DNA of 64,000 nt. It comes from Pirellulales bacterium. GTDB lineage: Bacteria > Planctomycetota > Planctomycetia > Pirellulales > UBA1268. Made by a program: the position numbers and the translations under genes. The stretch lies in assembly GCA_040397545.1 (NCBI GenBank), contig JBBAVV010000007.1, positions 33,202 through 97,201 of the forward strand, given 5' to 3'. This document shows, piece by piece, positions 10,601 to 18,700 of this stretch (positions are counted from its first letter, which is position 1; every line of letters starts with the position of its first letter). Under the pieces are notes generated by a model that had not been told where the DNA came from, did not search any database, and was given only the letters and a program-made list of their open reading frames with translations.

Positions 10601-13241
10601 TGTTGGCGACGTCGGAGATCGGCGTGAAGTCGATCTTCAGGTCGTAGGCGCCGTCGGAACGACCGCCGTAGCCGGAATCATTGACCTCGGGATTGAAGGC
10701 GGTGTTTCCGGTCGACGTCACGGCGAGGAAGTAAGTCCCCGCCTGAAGATCGAGGCCCACGAACGAGTCCCGCCCATAGTAATCATCATTGCGGGCCACG
10801 AGGGTGCGCACCCCGGCCACTTCCTTGAAGAGCGTGAGGACGGTGTCGAGCGTGCTCTTTGCTGCCTGCCCCTGGCGGGCCACGATCGTCTCCGCCGCGA
10901 AGGTGCCGGCGGTGTCGAGGGTGAACTTGTAGACGTCGATGTCCGACCCGGTCTTCGGGTAGAGGACGTTGATGTGAACGGAGTCGTAGTCGTAGGGAAG
11001 GATGTTTTCGCCGATGGAACCGACCGTCCCCGACTCGCCTCCTCCCATCACCGAGGGGATATCGTAGGCGTGGCCGAGGCCGATCGCATGGCCGATTTCG
11101 TGCATCGCCGTCGAGAACCAGCCGCCGCCGTATTCGCTCTGCCCCCAGTCGATCGTCGAGTTCATCACGGCCAGCCCGCCGCCACAGATGCCGCCGACGG
11201 CAGTCGGCGGGATGTTGGGAGAAACGGCGCGAACGTCGCCGGTGACGACCGTCAATCCCTGGCTGGCTGTCTCGACAAAGCGGATGCCGGCATTGAGGCT
11301 GAAGAGGGTGAAGATCTCGCGGGCGCGCTGCTTTTGCTCTTCGGTGATCGCGTTGTAGAGCGTGTTCCCCTGCGGGTCGGTGCCGTAGACGTCCCGGAAG
11401 TTGTAGAGAAAGACGGTCATTCCGCTGGCTGGATCGACGAAGGAATCGGGGATGCCGTGCGACTCGATCCCCACCGGGATGTCGCGGTGGCCCGGCTCGT
11501 CGCCGGTGCCCGGCTGGCTCGGGAAGAGGAGGTTGCCGGCCGGTGTGGCGATCGTCGGGCGGACGTCGATCGCCCCCGTCACCGACTGCCCGGCCAGGCC
11601 GATCGTGCCGAGCGCCGTGGCAGTTGAGAAGCTGGAATTGTTGTCGGAGGTGGAGACGGCAACGGTCGACCCGACGGCGAGCTTATATCCGCCACGCGTC
11701 GTTCCGCCGGCAGCACTGGCGCCGGTCGTGGGGTTGTAGCCAGCGTTGCCCACGCTCGACACGCCGACGTAGTACATTCCCGGTCCGGGGGCGACATAGG
11801 TGAGCGCCCGGGCCGTCCCCGCGGCCGCCGCGGTGCTCGCGGTCACCTGATTCCCGGCGGAGTCGAAGAGGCGAACGAGCGGCGCGAGCGTCGCATCGGG
11901 ATTGATCCCGACACTGATCGTGCCAGCCGCCGTCACGCTCAAGCGGTAGAGATCGACGTCGTTGGCCAGTTCGGTGCCGTCACCGAGGAAGGAGTTGATC
12001 GAGAACCCGTTGCCCGCGAACAGCGAGCCGACGTTGACCGCCTTGGCAAGGAGGTTGTTCTCGTCGGTCGAGTTGCCAACCTGGAGCCGGTAGAGCTTGT
12101 CGGCCGCCACCTTCCCCGCTTCAAACGTCAGCACCGAGGTGCCGCTGACGGGATCGTAGGAAACGCTCGTCGGCACCTGGACGGCGACGTCGAGCCCGGT
12201 GACGGGATCGGTCTCGATGAGCCGGTAGTTGCGGGGATTCTGCGCCGATGACTGGGTGAGCGGGTCATTGGCGTTGAAATAGACGACGACCTTGTCGGCC
12301 GCCTGCACGAGCGCGGCCCCGTCCCCGACCGTGACCGGCGACACTGCCGGCACAACGCCAGCGCGAGTGAAGGCCACGACCGGCGTGAACTGGCTGCCGC
12401 GGAGATTGATCCGAGCGCCGTTGACCGTGGCCGCTCCCAATTCGCTGCCGAACACCCCCGACGAGCCGATCGCGGTGCTGATCTCCGTGGCAAGATCGGT
12501 GGCCGACTTGCCGGCGAGGGTCACCGAGCGATTGCCACTGGCGACGCTGCCGTTGGTGTCGAACTCGAACGTCGTCTTCCCGCCACGGATCGTGACCTGA
12601 AGGAGGTCGCCGTCGCGATACTGCGACATGTCGGTGCCGAAGGTGATCAGCTTCGGGCGGGCCACTGGCTGCGGCACGATCGACATCACTTGAGCACCAA
12701 GATCGAGCCGGAAGTTGAGCTCGAAGGTGCCGCCGTCACGGAAGGGCTCCGAGGGGATGCCCGAACCCTGCGACACTGTCTTCAGCCCCGCGGCCCCGGC
12801 CCCCGTGATCTTGATCCGGTAGGCGTCGTCGGGGAGCGTGTCGGCAAAGCGGATGACGACCGAGTTTTGGTTGGGAAGATCGTCGACGGTGATGCTGCCG
12901 GGGGCGACGACGAGGTCGCCGCCGTCACCGAAAACGCCATTCCCTCCCCGGACCACCGTGATGCCGGTGGCAATCGACTGCGGATCGACCTTCGATCCCG
13001 GGCTGAAGGTGAGCGTGATCTGCGCGGGTGCCTCGTGCTCGATGCTCCCCTCGGCGATGAACGCGCCGACATGGGCGGCGGCCGACACGAAGTCGAACGC
13101 CATCACCTGCCGGGCCTCGAGTTGCTCGAGTTGCTGATGGGCATCGGGTTGCCGCCACCGCCGGACAGGCCGACGCATCGTCCGCAGACGGCGCGGCGTG
13201 AAAAGATTCCGGACGGAAGTCAGCCAGCAGGAGAAGAACAT
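1..13241 (-). CDS. Giant secreted multidomain protein, 3'-truncated by the window edge (>=4413 codons). Order: LExLExR-type N-terminal leader, PPC-like domains, matrixin-like Zn-protease core, beta-helix-like region, leishmanolysin-like Zn-protease motif, C-terminal FN3 array
   Basis: The minus frame whose codon low coordinate is divisible by 3 has no stop from the ATG at 13241..13239 down to position 3. Every minus ORF listed in 1..13.2 kb lies in the other two frames. A GAGG lies about 8 nt upstream of the ATG. Hand translation begins MFFSCWLTSVRNLFTPRRLRTMRRPVRRWRQPDAHQQLEQLEARQVMA. It has strong G/C third-position bias and recognisable domains. It is absent from the ORF track because no stop lies inside the window. 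Confidence 0.85.
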   Translation of the reverse strand, partial: MFFSCWLTSVRNLFTPRRLRTMRRPVRRWRQPDAHQQLEQLEARQVMAFDFVSAAAHVGAFIAEGSIEHEAPAQITLTFSPGSKVDPQSIATGITVVRGGNGVFGDGGDLVVAPGSITVDDLPNQNSVVIRFADTLPDDAYRIKITGAGAAGLKTVSQGSGIPSEPFRDGGTFELNFRLDLGAQVMSIVPQPVARPKLITFGTDMSQYRDGDLLQVTIRGGKTTFEFDTNGSVASGNRSVTLAGKSATDLATEISTAIGSSGVFGSELGAATVNGARINLRGSQFTPVVAFTRAGVVPAVSPVTVGDGAALVQAADKVVVYFNANDPLTQSSAQNPRNYRLIETDPVTGLDVAVQVPTSVSYDPVSGTSVLTFEAGKVAADKLYRLQVGNSTDENNLLAKAVNVGSLFAGNGFSINSFLGDGTELANDVDLYRLSVTAAGTISVGINPDATLAPLVRLFDSAGNQVTASTAAAAGTARALTYVAPGPGMYYVGVSSVGNAGYNPTTGASAAGGTTRGGYKLAVGSTVAVSTSDNNSSFSTATALGTIGLAGQSVTGAIDVRPTIATPAGNLLFPSQPGTGDEPGHRDIPVGIESHGIPDSFVDPASGMTVFLYNFRDVYGTDPQGNTLYNAITEEQKQRAREIFTLFSLNAGIRFVETASQGLTVVTGDVRAVSPNIPPTAVGGICGGGLAVMNSTIDWGQSEYGGGWFSTAMHEIGHAIGLGHAYDIPSVMGGGESGTVGSIGENILPYDYDSVHINVLYPKTGSDIDVYKFTLDTAGTFAAETIVARQGQAAKSTLDTVLTLFKEVAGVRTLVARNDDYYGRDSFVGLDLQAGTYFLAVTSTGNTAFNPEVNDSGYGGRSDGAYDLKIDFTPISDVANTIVDATGTAIDGDRDGKVGGAFDFWFNTATSAGTLWVDKAGVNTTASIVSGSATVTVASTADLVVGRVVVGVGTNTGIPVGTTVAAVVSPTQFTLSKAATATSAAFGLTFGTLSSPYRTITAALAAVTPSTRIIRILGNTGNDASTVDDKPYLIGSALSGAALSDGATFNVPKGVTVMVDEGAALKLRAAVINVGSSSGLVSRAGAALQVLGTPSARVKFSSYHDDALGGDSDGVGPAVQGGQWGGIVLRRDSDSATGKVFLNSISLASLKYGGGNVFVDSELQSFAPIHVESTRPTLAFNEIMASAGPAISADPGAFLDADGRYGLEVRGNRLLGNTINGLFVRIRTALGSPIDKLDVPARFKSTDIVYVIQENLIVAGGAGGYRLNEATGSPEARATGRLLIDPGVVVKLQGARIELERGNAQLIAEGTTEQRVIFTSLADNRYGAGGTFDTNGNAPDVRSPGDWGGIVIQAGSKASIDNAYVAYAGGLTAIEGGFDSFDAFEVQQGELRLANSRIEFNASGRSTTDRNARGSNDESTVFVRAAQPVIVGNDFRDNSGATMSVNANAMSDGARPDYGRSTGEIGRFAEYDDNVGPLLRDNRISTKINYATDRQKGAFDITLDFAAGVSQAIRDAMTAAAFRWETVVTGDLTSVRDSDGTVIDDIVIRVQPGLLGATGSDGSGGTLANAGPTAFRSATDRNRFLPYKAEVGVDMADAASSQLVTILTHEIGHALGFTNVSNLLNLISGVRYVGANALQEYRNTFDATATAVPLEGGGGAGTAFAHWSEAIFGSELLTGFLNAGINPLTRLTVGAFQDMGYSVNYSAADDYLPQAGTAGYAPSISGVVVRGGQIMVDSVWDDDDHVHVLKNEIVVDNYHTATSLRLESKAGASLVVKLDGPNAGFTATGTPGEIDDRIGGSIQFVGAPGYPVVLTSLYDDTVGASLDPLGRTVLDTNNDGRAWIDATATAPVTGSWRSLKFLPLSNDTNVAIVRELEKSFTNLVDINQVPDAAQVLGVLAPTFTTGTASSESVQNKASDDNRRDGFAVRGTIATDDSRDVDIYSFTGYAGSEVWLDIDKTSTALDTMLELLDASGTVLARSADSQTDTASVTGEIVRNSANGTTLTYQLAHQNILPGTLSGMIYNGNTAIQTFTLNRAGAFTFTAIGSPAKRVSSATLNRDSGAITFVWNSSVAASTTRIEANYSYGALSVSALGYTATGEHGALPLQKDAYRGNDYATVNPRDAGFRAILPGSNGSLNTYFVRVRSQPNVVPSATKTAYEAALTNSDVKSGATSGAYELRIRLQQRDQVPGSTVQYADIRFATIGIDVQGLPRNSLLAGTAGESALNTNNQFIYAQDVGKLLQSDQNTISLAGNVQSSTDVRWYTFSVDYAGIQAIGGVNGGKKTWATVLDIDYANGIRGDLTMSVFDSAGALIYVGRDSNVAADQPGAGQGNDFKDLSRGSVGKLDPFIGTVQLPAGATPTDPTKYYVAITSNAQLPSSLDGTFRSGATSALVRLEPVNSVQRVIEDHIGSTGYTSTGLEVKPTQGPLINVGTAQQLSANVRAFSLADVPLFVSTGDGLYTGNALTGGTVATIREGYSGNGSVGDIDMRPDGRLYQYFGQFDDAANVGRLRRIDTGTGAILSDEGDAIPSVPDSPADTDWWKLTSSSVDAVAIGRTDIGEYENSIFYSVRSGSSSLLYWGRTNANASFNQDDPPFSQRGTIADAIGGTPVNETIIGVGSTSATYQITGSFVRGSITGTLNVGGVAAQTFTVSQFGTVTFTDVPGFTGTKALSGTISNTSGRLTFTFATDPGATSVDVTFRPSAISGLTTGLQFRNENFGTLFGVSSGGQFYRVSTSSASATPLANFSAALAALGDGTVGFQGLATAPANLEGGRYQGTFFAITNTGRLVCIQLNALGTTASLMENVFDNNGDGVPESSISMPIRSGATGLAFSPLDVNLWHPTTARAANAGHGINATPDNSRTGDDVKDGGVSMYFGLEEYADADNTYNRFNPTGTNAQYGVLNSGAFNWQQELSANSEIGNNYNLPGGAQGSLVTNSFSLAGYGYTDKPTLYFNYFLDTQNAQGDRDNDTMRDSARVFISVDNGLTWEVIATNNSPKSALDDVNAELPNTVTASSAAGTSSNQSVQELFDSTGSWRQARVDLGAWAGKSNIQLRFDFSTAGEMDAAAKRTSADEIKTVAAAAGTSVTLDSVSGLRVGMVVTGPGITGSPTVQAITSATQVTLSSAVTLVAGNRLNFYDIANRNLNDIDGLAGTVGNWNSSERGQRNAFEGFYIDDIIVGFAERGEMVTGGTGATSMFSVATPVGKTYPQQSLSGEYNLEIRRGTEYAVQLDSTASDITIFGTIDTNDGFVQAPSAPAKVLEVNVVDSVGGAISAAGNGRIRWMPGNPFEQQLFDTIGLEPAAGDRVAVLDSSATDTWTNNLLAWTVDLAGQTRGTLEFKYLTLPAQEAKALPPAFQTPTVGGRKIIPSGTGVAISVDGGVNWVTLASLGNTQGTLSTVRLDLAEARLTLSATTVIGFFQAGSSRLDISPTLVAARAGGLVLDDFRITVDPPTKNTGTIGDQNHPRTQGQFVIANNLISDAATYGISITAGARDAGNGLSNPGPVRNLAILNNPGLVAGAVAVNNVIANPGRVGILFAGDAGRTGVPAGPVPFGRLVNNTIWGGPSNGTGIEVRDNAAPTILNNLFANLSTGVTVDGTSRLDGAGNHRTVIGASAYWEVGTAVSGANESSAISLSGNPFVNAAGGNFYLVGGSEAIDSSVNSLQDRSEYVAVKSPLGIAQSPVIAPDRDLYGQLRGDEPSVASAPGLGSNVFKDRGAIDRVDFVQPTLIIVNPIDGNPVTPIDRDGSLDAIRLERADGVGITRFVLQIDDQGVGIDKSTVTSAAFLVTRDGVTLTAGIDYLFRYLQNSNQVIFESISAFALGTYRITATTRAATGTVAGLLIDRANNTLLPNKADGSTTFQIALADIPTAPQNVVGTRGDSRVTLSWDPPKLIGGTPILDYLIQSSTDGGLTWTLFSDGISPATTATVTGLVNGTVYVFRVQARNAVNETTGIDDGIWSAPSASVKPLAPASAPTNLTANGGNARATLAWTAPTFTGGAPLTDYRVEYIVDGGASWQTFAHPASTATSIIVTGLTNGVSHVFRVSGITEYGAGNPSTVSLAVVPMTFPDAPTTLTASVGNSLVTLAWVDGFNGGSTVVNHAVQYRVVGGGAWQTFTPVSPITGTTVQVTGLANGTAYEFRVASTNAVGTSAYSAVAGPITPVAPASPPRNLSVFGGNGQVDLTWMVPISNGGSAITDYQIQSSLDGGASWAVVADAVSAVTSFTVSGLINGTTYTYRVAAITSYGLGAWSTPSSPVTPMTVPTAPSGLAGVRGDSSVALTWTGPSDNGGAAIVDSIVEYRLTTSASWTAFAHAPTAASAITVTGLTNGASYEFRVRSVNVAGASPSSNIAGPLVPMTTASAPVNLVGTFGDQKVTLAWGTPASNGGGVISDYLIQYREARTGTPWTTVPHA
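8235..8420 (-). other. Leishmanolysin (M8)-like zinc-protease signature inside the giant protein
   Basis: THEIGHALGF is encoded at 8391..8420 (in frame). About 57 residues downstream, AHWSEAIFGSELLTGF begins at 8249. The pairing HExxHxxGF ... HW.E...F..EL.TG is the arrangement I associate with peptidase family M8. Confidence 0.6.
11046..11105 (-). other. Metzincin/matrixin-type zinc-binding motif plus Met-turn inside the giant protein
   Basis: MHEIGHAIGLGHAYDIPSVM is encoded in frame. It fits HExxHxxGxxH, with a Met 8 residues after the third His, which is the matrixin-like spacing. PPC-like D[VI]D.Y.[FL] signatures flank it: DVDLYRL near 11941..11960, DIDVYKF near 10923..10945, DVDIYSF near 7405..7432. 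Confidence 0.7.
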
Positions 13242-13800
13242 GCAAGGCCTCGCGGGAAACGGCTCGAGTTGGATCGGAGGGGGCTCGGCAGGCGGACCGG
13301 GGATCGAGATGTCGGGAACTGGACGGAGGCACGACTCGCTATGAATCGGATCGGGGAACCACCGGCTCCGGAGACCGTCGTCTCGGATTCGCCCATCCCC
13401 TCGAACCCTGGAATCTCTCTTCGACCCACCCGTGGGCGTGGGTCCAGCGGCTTCCCCCCCTCCTGAAGAAAAACCTTCATCGGAGGGTACCGTCTCTCTT
13501 CCCGTGGGGCAACGAATCGGTTTGTCGATGTCTGCCTGCCGGTGGTTATCGGCTTTCTGACGTCGATCCCTGGCTTTCTGAAATACTCCCCAGCCGCGCG
13601 CGTCTGGTCTCCCTCCGCGGTCCGCCCCATCCCCCGCGCGACGGGGCTGACGGGGCAAGCTGGAGAAGGCCCTCTCGGCGGCGGGCGCGGCGCCCATTCC
13701 ACCCAGATTTCCTGACACGAACTGCGGGCACAACCCTACCGCCGCAGGACCGTCACGACCGATTTCATCCCGCAGTTCGGAGTTTCCACCGGAGACGGGA

Positions 13801-15138
13801 ATGATGATGCGGAAACAGGCGCGAATCGGAGGGTGGATGGCCGCCATGTCGGTGGCGGCGACCGCAGCGATGACGGTGGTGCCCGCCGCCGGACAGGACT
13901 GGGGCGCGGATGAGGATGGCAGCCGGGCCGTCGTTTCTGACGGCGGCGTCGAGCTGGTCGATCCACCCTCCCCCGCAGGAGTGGGCTCCTCGCCGACGCC
14001 GGTAAATCCCGCCGGCCCGATCGACGGACGGGGATTCGCCGCGGTCGATTCTTCTCCGCTCTACGACAGCAGCGCCACGGTCGTCGACGACGGTGGCAGC
14101 GACGGCGACTGGACCGGCTGGGTGGCCGACGCCTGCCGCTATCCCCGCGATCAGGGGCCGTTCGAGCAGCCGGGGCTGCTCCAGGTGCTCCGCGACCAAA
14201 AGTGCGCCACGTGGACCTTCCGCAGCGATGCCCTCCTCCTGTGGCGCAACTCCCCCAACGACATCCCGCTCTATTCCGACACTGCCAATACCCCCAACGG
14301 CTTCGGCGCGACGGCGTTTAGTGCCGGCCAATTCCAGAGCACGCCGGCCGCCGGGCCACGGTTCTCCATCTACCGCACCGACGACTGCCAAAACGCCTGG
14401 GAAACGACCTGGTTCAACGCCGCAAACTTCCGCTCCCAGGAAGCGACGCTGCCGTCGATCAACGGCTACGGTATGACGCCGCCGGGCATCTATGGCAACG
14501 CCTTCACACCGGTCGACACCGCCACCGCCGACTTGAGCGCGTCGATCTGGAGCTTCGAGCTCAACCGCTGGGCGCGGGTCCGGCCGAACATCGCCCTCAT
14601 GCAGGGCTTCCGGATGCTCGGCTGGGGGGAAAACCTCACCCTTGCCGAACACTACCAGCTCGATCCCACCAACCCGTCGCCGATCTACGGCCGGGACATC
14701 TTCGGTAACCAGAGCTCCAACAGCCTCTACGGCTACCAGATCGGGACCGACATCCGACTCTGGGACCGCGGCCAGGGCTTCCGGGTCGACGGCCTTCTGA
14801 AGGGGGGAGCGTACTACAACAACGCGGTGCAAAACTCGGCCTACACCTACGAAGTCGCTCCTGGCGAGTTGCAGACGGCGAACGTCCGGGCCGCCGGTGG
14901 CGCTGCCGCCTTCGTCGGCGAGGTGGGGCTGACCGGCACGCTCCCGATCACCTGCAATCTCTCCCTCCGGGTCGGCTACCTCGGCCTCTGGCTCCAGGGC
15001 CTCGCCCAGCCGACCAACCAGCTGCGGGGCCAGACGCTCAGCTCCGGCGGCCCGGGTTCGCCGGTCGCGGGGTCGCTCAATACGGCCGGGAGCACGGTCG
15101 TGCAGGGGGTGTCGCTCGGCCTCGAGGGGCGGTGGTGA
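13801..15138 (+). CDS. Putative outer-membrane beta-barrel protein (BBP7-like)
   Basis: The ATG is preceded by GGAGACGGGA. The N-terminal signal peptide is MMMRKQARIGGWMAAMSVAATAAMTVVPAAGQD. The protein has alternating aromatic/Gly-rich strands and a C-terminal ...GVSLGLEGRW ending in an aromatic residue. It resembles the planctomycetal BBP7 barrel family as I recall it. The overlapping 485-aa minus ORF is an R/G-rich shadow. Confidence 0.6.
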   Translation: MMMRKQARIGGWMAAMSVAATAAMTVVPAAGQDWGADEDGSRAVVSDGGVELVDPPSPAGVGSSPTPVNPAGPIDGRGFAAVDSSPLYDSSATVVDDGGSDGDWTGWVADACRYPRDQGPFEQPGLLQVLRDQKCATWTFRSDALLLWRNSPNDIPLYSDTANTPNGFGATAFSAGQFQSTPAAGPRFSIYRTDDCQNAWETTWFNAANFRSQEATLPSINGYGMTPPGIYGNAFTPVDTATADLSASIWSFELNRWARVRPNIALMQGFRMLGWGENLTLAEHYQLDPTNPSPIYGRDIFGNQSSNSLYGYQIGTDIRLWDRGQGFRVDGLLKGGAYYNNAVQNSAYTYEVAPGELQTANVRAAGGAAAFVGEVGLTGTLPITCNLSLRVGYLGLWLQGLAQPTNQLRGQTLSSGGPGSPVAGSLNTAGSTVVQGVSLGLEGRW

Positions 15139-15736
15139 TGCCTCGCTCCGGCCGACCCGAACCTGTTCGGTGCCTTCCCGCCTCCCGGCGGGAACCGGCA
15201 TTTCCGGACAAAGGCCGCACATCCCCGCAAGCCCCTAAACAGCGAAAACCGCGGAAATACTCATGGTGCGACCAGAGAAGCGGGTCGCCCTGGAAAATTT
15301 CGGAACCGAGGGGCGAACTTTTTCCGATGACACCCGTTCTACTGGAGACGGGGCAACACAAGGATCAGACCATCGCCTTGCCAGCAGGCAGGCACGGGAG
15401 AAGCAGGAAACGGCAGGCCGCGATCCGCGGTCGGTGGATGGTCGTGGGTTGGCTACGCGCCACGCGACCAAGCTTCCGGCCGCGGCGGGCGTCTGCCCAC
15501 GCGATGGGGATCGCCCCCCGCGCTGCAACCACGCTCCCCGCCGATCTGATCCTTTTGCCCCGTATCTCCTCAAACCGTGCGTCGGTTTCCCTTCCAGTTC
15601 CCGTGGGCATTGCGGTTCCCCGTCTGTCGACTCCCTGTCATCCTCATAGGCCGGTGACCCCACCACCGGCGGCAGTAGCTTCCACCCGCTTCCTCATCCG
15701 CCCGTCAAGCAGATTTCTTTTTTAGGAAAAAGCGCC

Positions 15737-18700
15737 ATGAAGTTCGGCAGCATTTTCAACCGCTTCGCCCGAGATCTCGATGCCTCCCGCACGCCGGGAA
15801 GCGCCGCCCGGCTGGCCCGGCGGAAGCGGCTGCGCGGTCAGGATGTGATCGCCGCGGTCGAGTCGCTCGAGGATCGGCGCCTGCTGGCCTTCCAGTACGT
15901 CGGCTTCACGCACACCAACGATACGCCTCACAACAAAGACCAGGCGTACATGTACAACTTCGAGATCTTCAACGACAAGACGAACCCGTCCGACAGCGCG
16001 ACGATGTACGTCCGCAACGTCGCCAACACCAACGAGCTGCAGTTCGACACCGGCACGACGTTCTCGGGGCTCCCCTATTTCAACACCGGCACGCAGTTCC
16101 ATAACTGGGGCACTTCGCTCCCCTCGGTCGGCGGCATTCCCAGTCAGAACTGGGTCGGCCCGATATCGCTCGCCAGGCAGGCCACCGTGTCGGCCACCTG
16201 GAACAAAACCGACCAGCCCGAGCCTTTCCATCTTTCCAAGATCCGTGTCACCGCCGCCCCCGGCACGGTCGATCCGACGTTCATCCTCAACGTCGGCGAC
16301 TCGATGCCGCTGGCGATGGAGATCGACTTCAGCCAGGCCATTGGCATCGGCACGATCATCATCCGCTCCAACGCCGCCGAGGCGTATCCCGTCGCCGCCC
16401 CCGTGAACCTGCTCCCCAATGGCGGCGGTGGCTACAACCTCCTCGGCACCGAGATCTTCGTCCGGGCGACGATGACCGCTCGATACACCAATCTGCTCGC
16501 CGCCCAGAGCTTGGTGCAGATCGAGAACCAGATCAGCGGACCGTTCTTCGGCAGGGTCGCTGATGGCGACTTCAAGGTGATCGCCGGGGCCTCGATCGTC
16601 GCCAACGGTGGCGTCCAGATCGTCACCGGCGGCGGTGTGCCGCAGAATTCGACCTCCTACCAGACCTACGGCTACGGGGCCAACGGCGGTGACATCCTCA
16701 TCGACGGCCAGATCACCAACGCCAACTTCGTCAATCTCCAGGTCAATTCGACCAACCCTCGCAACATCCTCACCGGCGCCTCCGGCCTGATCAGTGGCTC
16801 GCAGAGCATCACGCTCAACAACGCCGCGGCCGACGGCGGCACGATCAATGTCCGCACCGCCGGGTTCGCCCAGCACAACATCTTTGCCGGCACGAATGTC
16901 GGCCCGGCCGCCGACATCGCCATCAACGTCGATCAGATTCAGGGCGACCTGACAATCAACGCCCTCCCCGCCTCGAAGGCGACGATCGCGCTGAAGGCCA
17001 GCGAACCGGGCCGGCAGGTGATCACCAACTCCAACTTCGACACGATCGGCGGCCTGTCACTCGCCGCCAGCACGCTCAACATCAACCGGCCGATCTCGAC
17101 CGAGAAGGGTGATCTCACGCTCACCGGCAACTCGGTGACGATCGGCAGCAATGTCTCCGCCGGCACCACCGGGATCGGCAATCTGAACGTCACCGCGACC
17201 GCGGGCGACATCGCCGTGACCAGTGCCGCGGTCGTCAAGGCCTCGGGCGACTCGATCAATCTGACGGCCTCGGGCAACATCGCCAGCCAGGCGCGGCTGG
17301 AGGCGACGAACCTCAAGCTCGCCGCCGGCGGCTCGATCAACACCCTGACGCGCTCCGACACCGTCACGGCGACGTCGGGCGGCTCGATCACGCTCGTCGA
17401 CGATGACGCCATCACGCTGACCAACCTGGCCACCACCGGCAACGGCTCGATCACCGTCACCGCCAAGGGGCTCCTCGACGCGGTCAACGTGGCCACCGCC
17501 GGCACCGGCGACATCAGCCTGACGACCTCCGCCGCGGGCCTCATCGCCCGGGATCTGAAGACGACCAACGGCACGATCCGGCTCCGCGCCCAAGATGGCG
17601 ACATCAACGCCGTGGGCGATGTGTTTGTCAACGATGCCAACCCCGCCAACCCGACGCAGGACTTCATCCTCACCGCCGACAACGGCAACGTGATCATGAG
17701 CCCGAACGCCACGTTCACCGTGGCCGACCAGCTCTCGTTCTCCGCCCCGCTCGGTCGCGTCCTCACGCCCGGCAAGATCACCGGCGTGACGGTCACCAAT
17801 CCCGGCTCGGGCTATGTGACGCCGCCGACGGTGACGTTCTCGGCCGGCAATGGCGCCCAGGTCACTCCCACCGCCGGTGACGGCAAGGTGACGTTCGTCA
17901 AGGTGCTCTCGGGTGGCTCGGGCTATGTGACCGCACCGCAGGTCGTGTTCGACAACGCCGGCACCGGTGGCTCGGGCGTCGTCGCCACGGCGCAGGTCAG
18001 CGCCGGAACGGTCACCGGGATCACGATCAGCAACGGTGGCGTCAATTACAAGATCGCGCCCAAGATCTCGTTCGTCGGCGGCGGCGGCTCGGGCGCGGAT
18101 GCGGTTGCCTCCGTCAGCGGCCTGACGGCGCTCTCGGTCACCAACGGCGGTTCCGGCTACCAGGTACCGCCGACAGTCGTGATCTCCTCCGGCGACGGCG
18201 GCGCCACCGGGGCGGTGAGCGTCAATGCGACCGGTGCGATCCAGGGCATCAACGTCGCCCAGGGGGGCACGGCCTACACGGCCGCACCGCTCGTCCAGAT
18301 CATCGACTCCAGTGGCTCGGGCTTCGGTGCCTCCGCGGTCGCCAACCTCACCGGCGGAGTGACCAATGGCCTGGTCACGAGCGGTGGCTCGAGGTACCCC
18401 GGATCGACCACCGCCACCCTCACCGGCGGCGGCGGTACCGGCGCTACCGCGCAGCCGCTCCTCGGCCTCACCAATGGCTCGCTCGGGACGATCTCCAACA
18501 CCAACAGCGGCTACGTGCCCGGTGATCTTCTCACGGTCGTCGCTGGCACCGGCGCCCAAGTGAAGGTCACGGGGATCTCCGGGGCTGGCATCGTCTCCGG
18601 GCTTGCCGTCGTCCGCGGCGGCGGCAACTATCTCCCCGGCGACCGGCTCTACCTCTCCGACGCCACGCTCGGAGCTACCGGCCTGGTGGCCAATGTCGAC

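Noticed and set aside
1620-11627. Very long + strand ORFs (1054 aa, 543 aa, 1569 aa) covering the left 12 kb
   Set aside because: Their translations are R/G/D/E/V-rich low-complexity sequence with no domains. They lie antisense to a fully open minus-strand frame that encodes recognisable protease, PPC and FN3 domains. These are typical high-G+C shadow ORFs.
13571-13586. TGGCTTTCTGAAATA as a sigma-54 (-24/-12) promoter
   Set aside because: It has a TGGC element, but there is no TTGC(A/T) at the required spacing.
15175-15194. Perfect 8-bp hairpin (TTCCCGCC-tccc-GGCGGGAA) 37 nt after the barrel gene stop, as a terminator
   Set aside because: No U-tract follows it. It is too weak to call an intrinsic terminator, although it may still be a structural or RNA-stability element.
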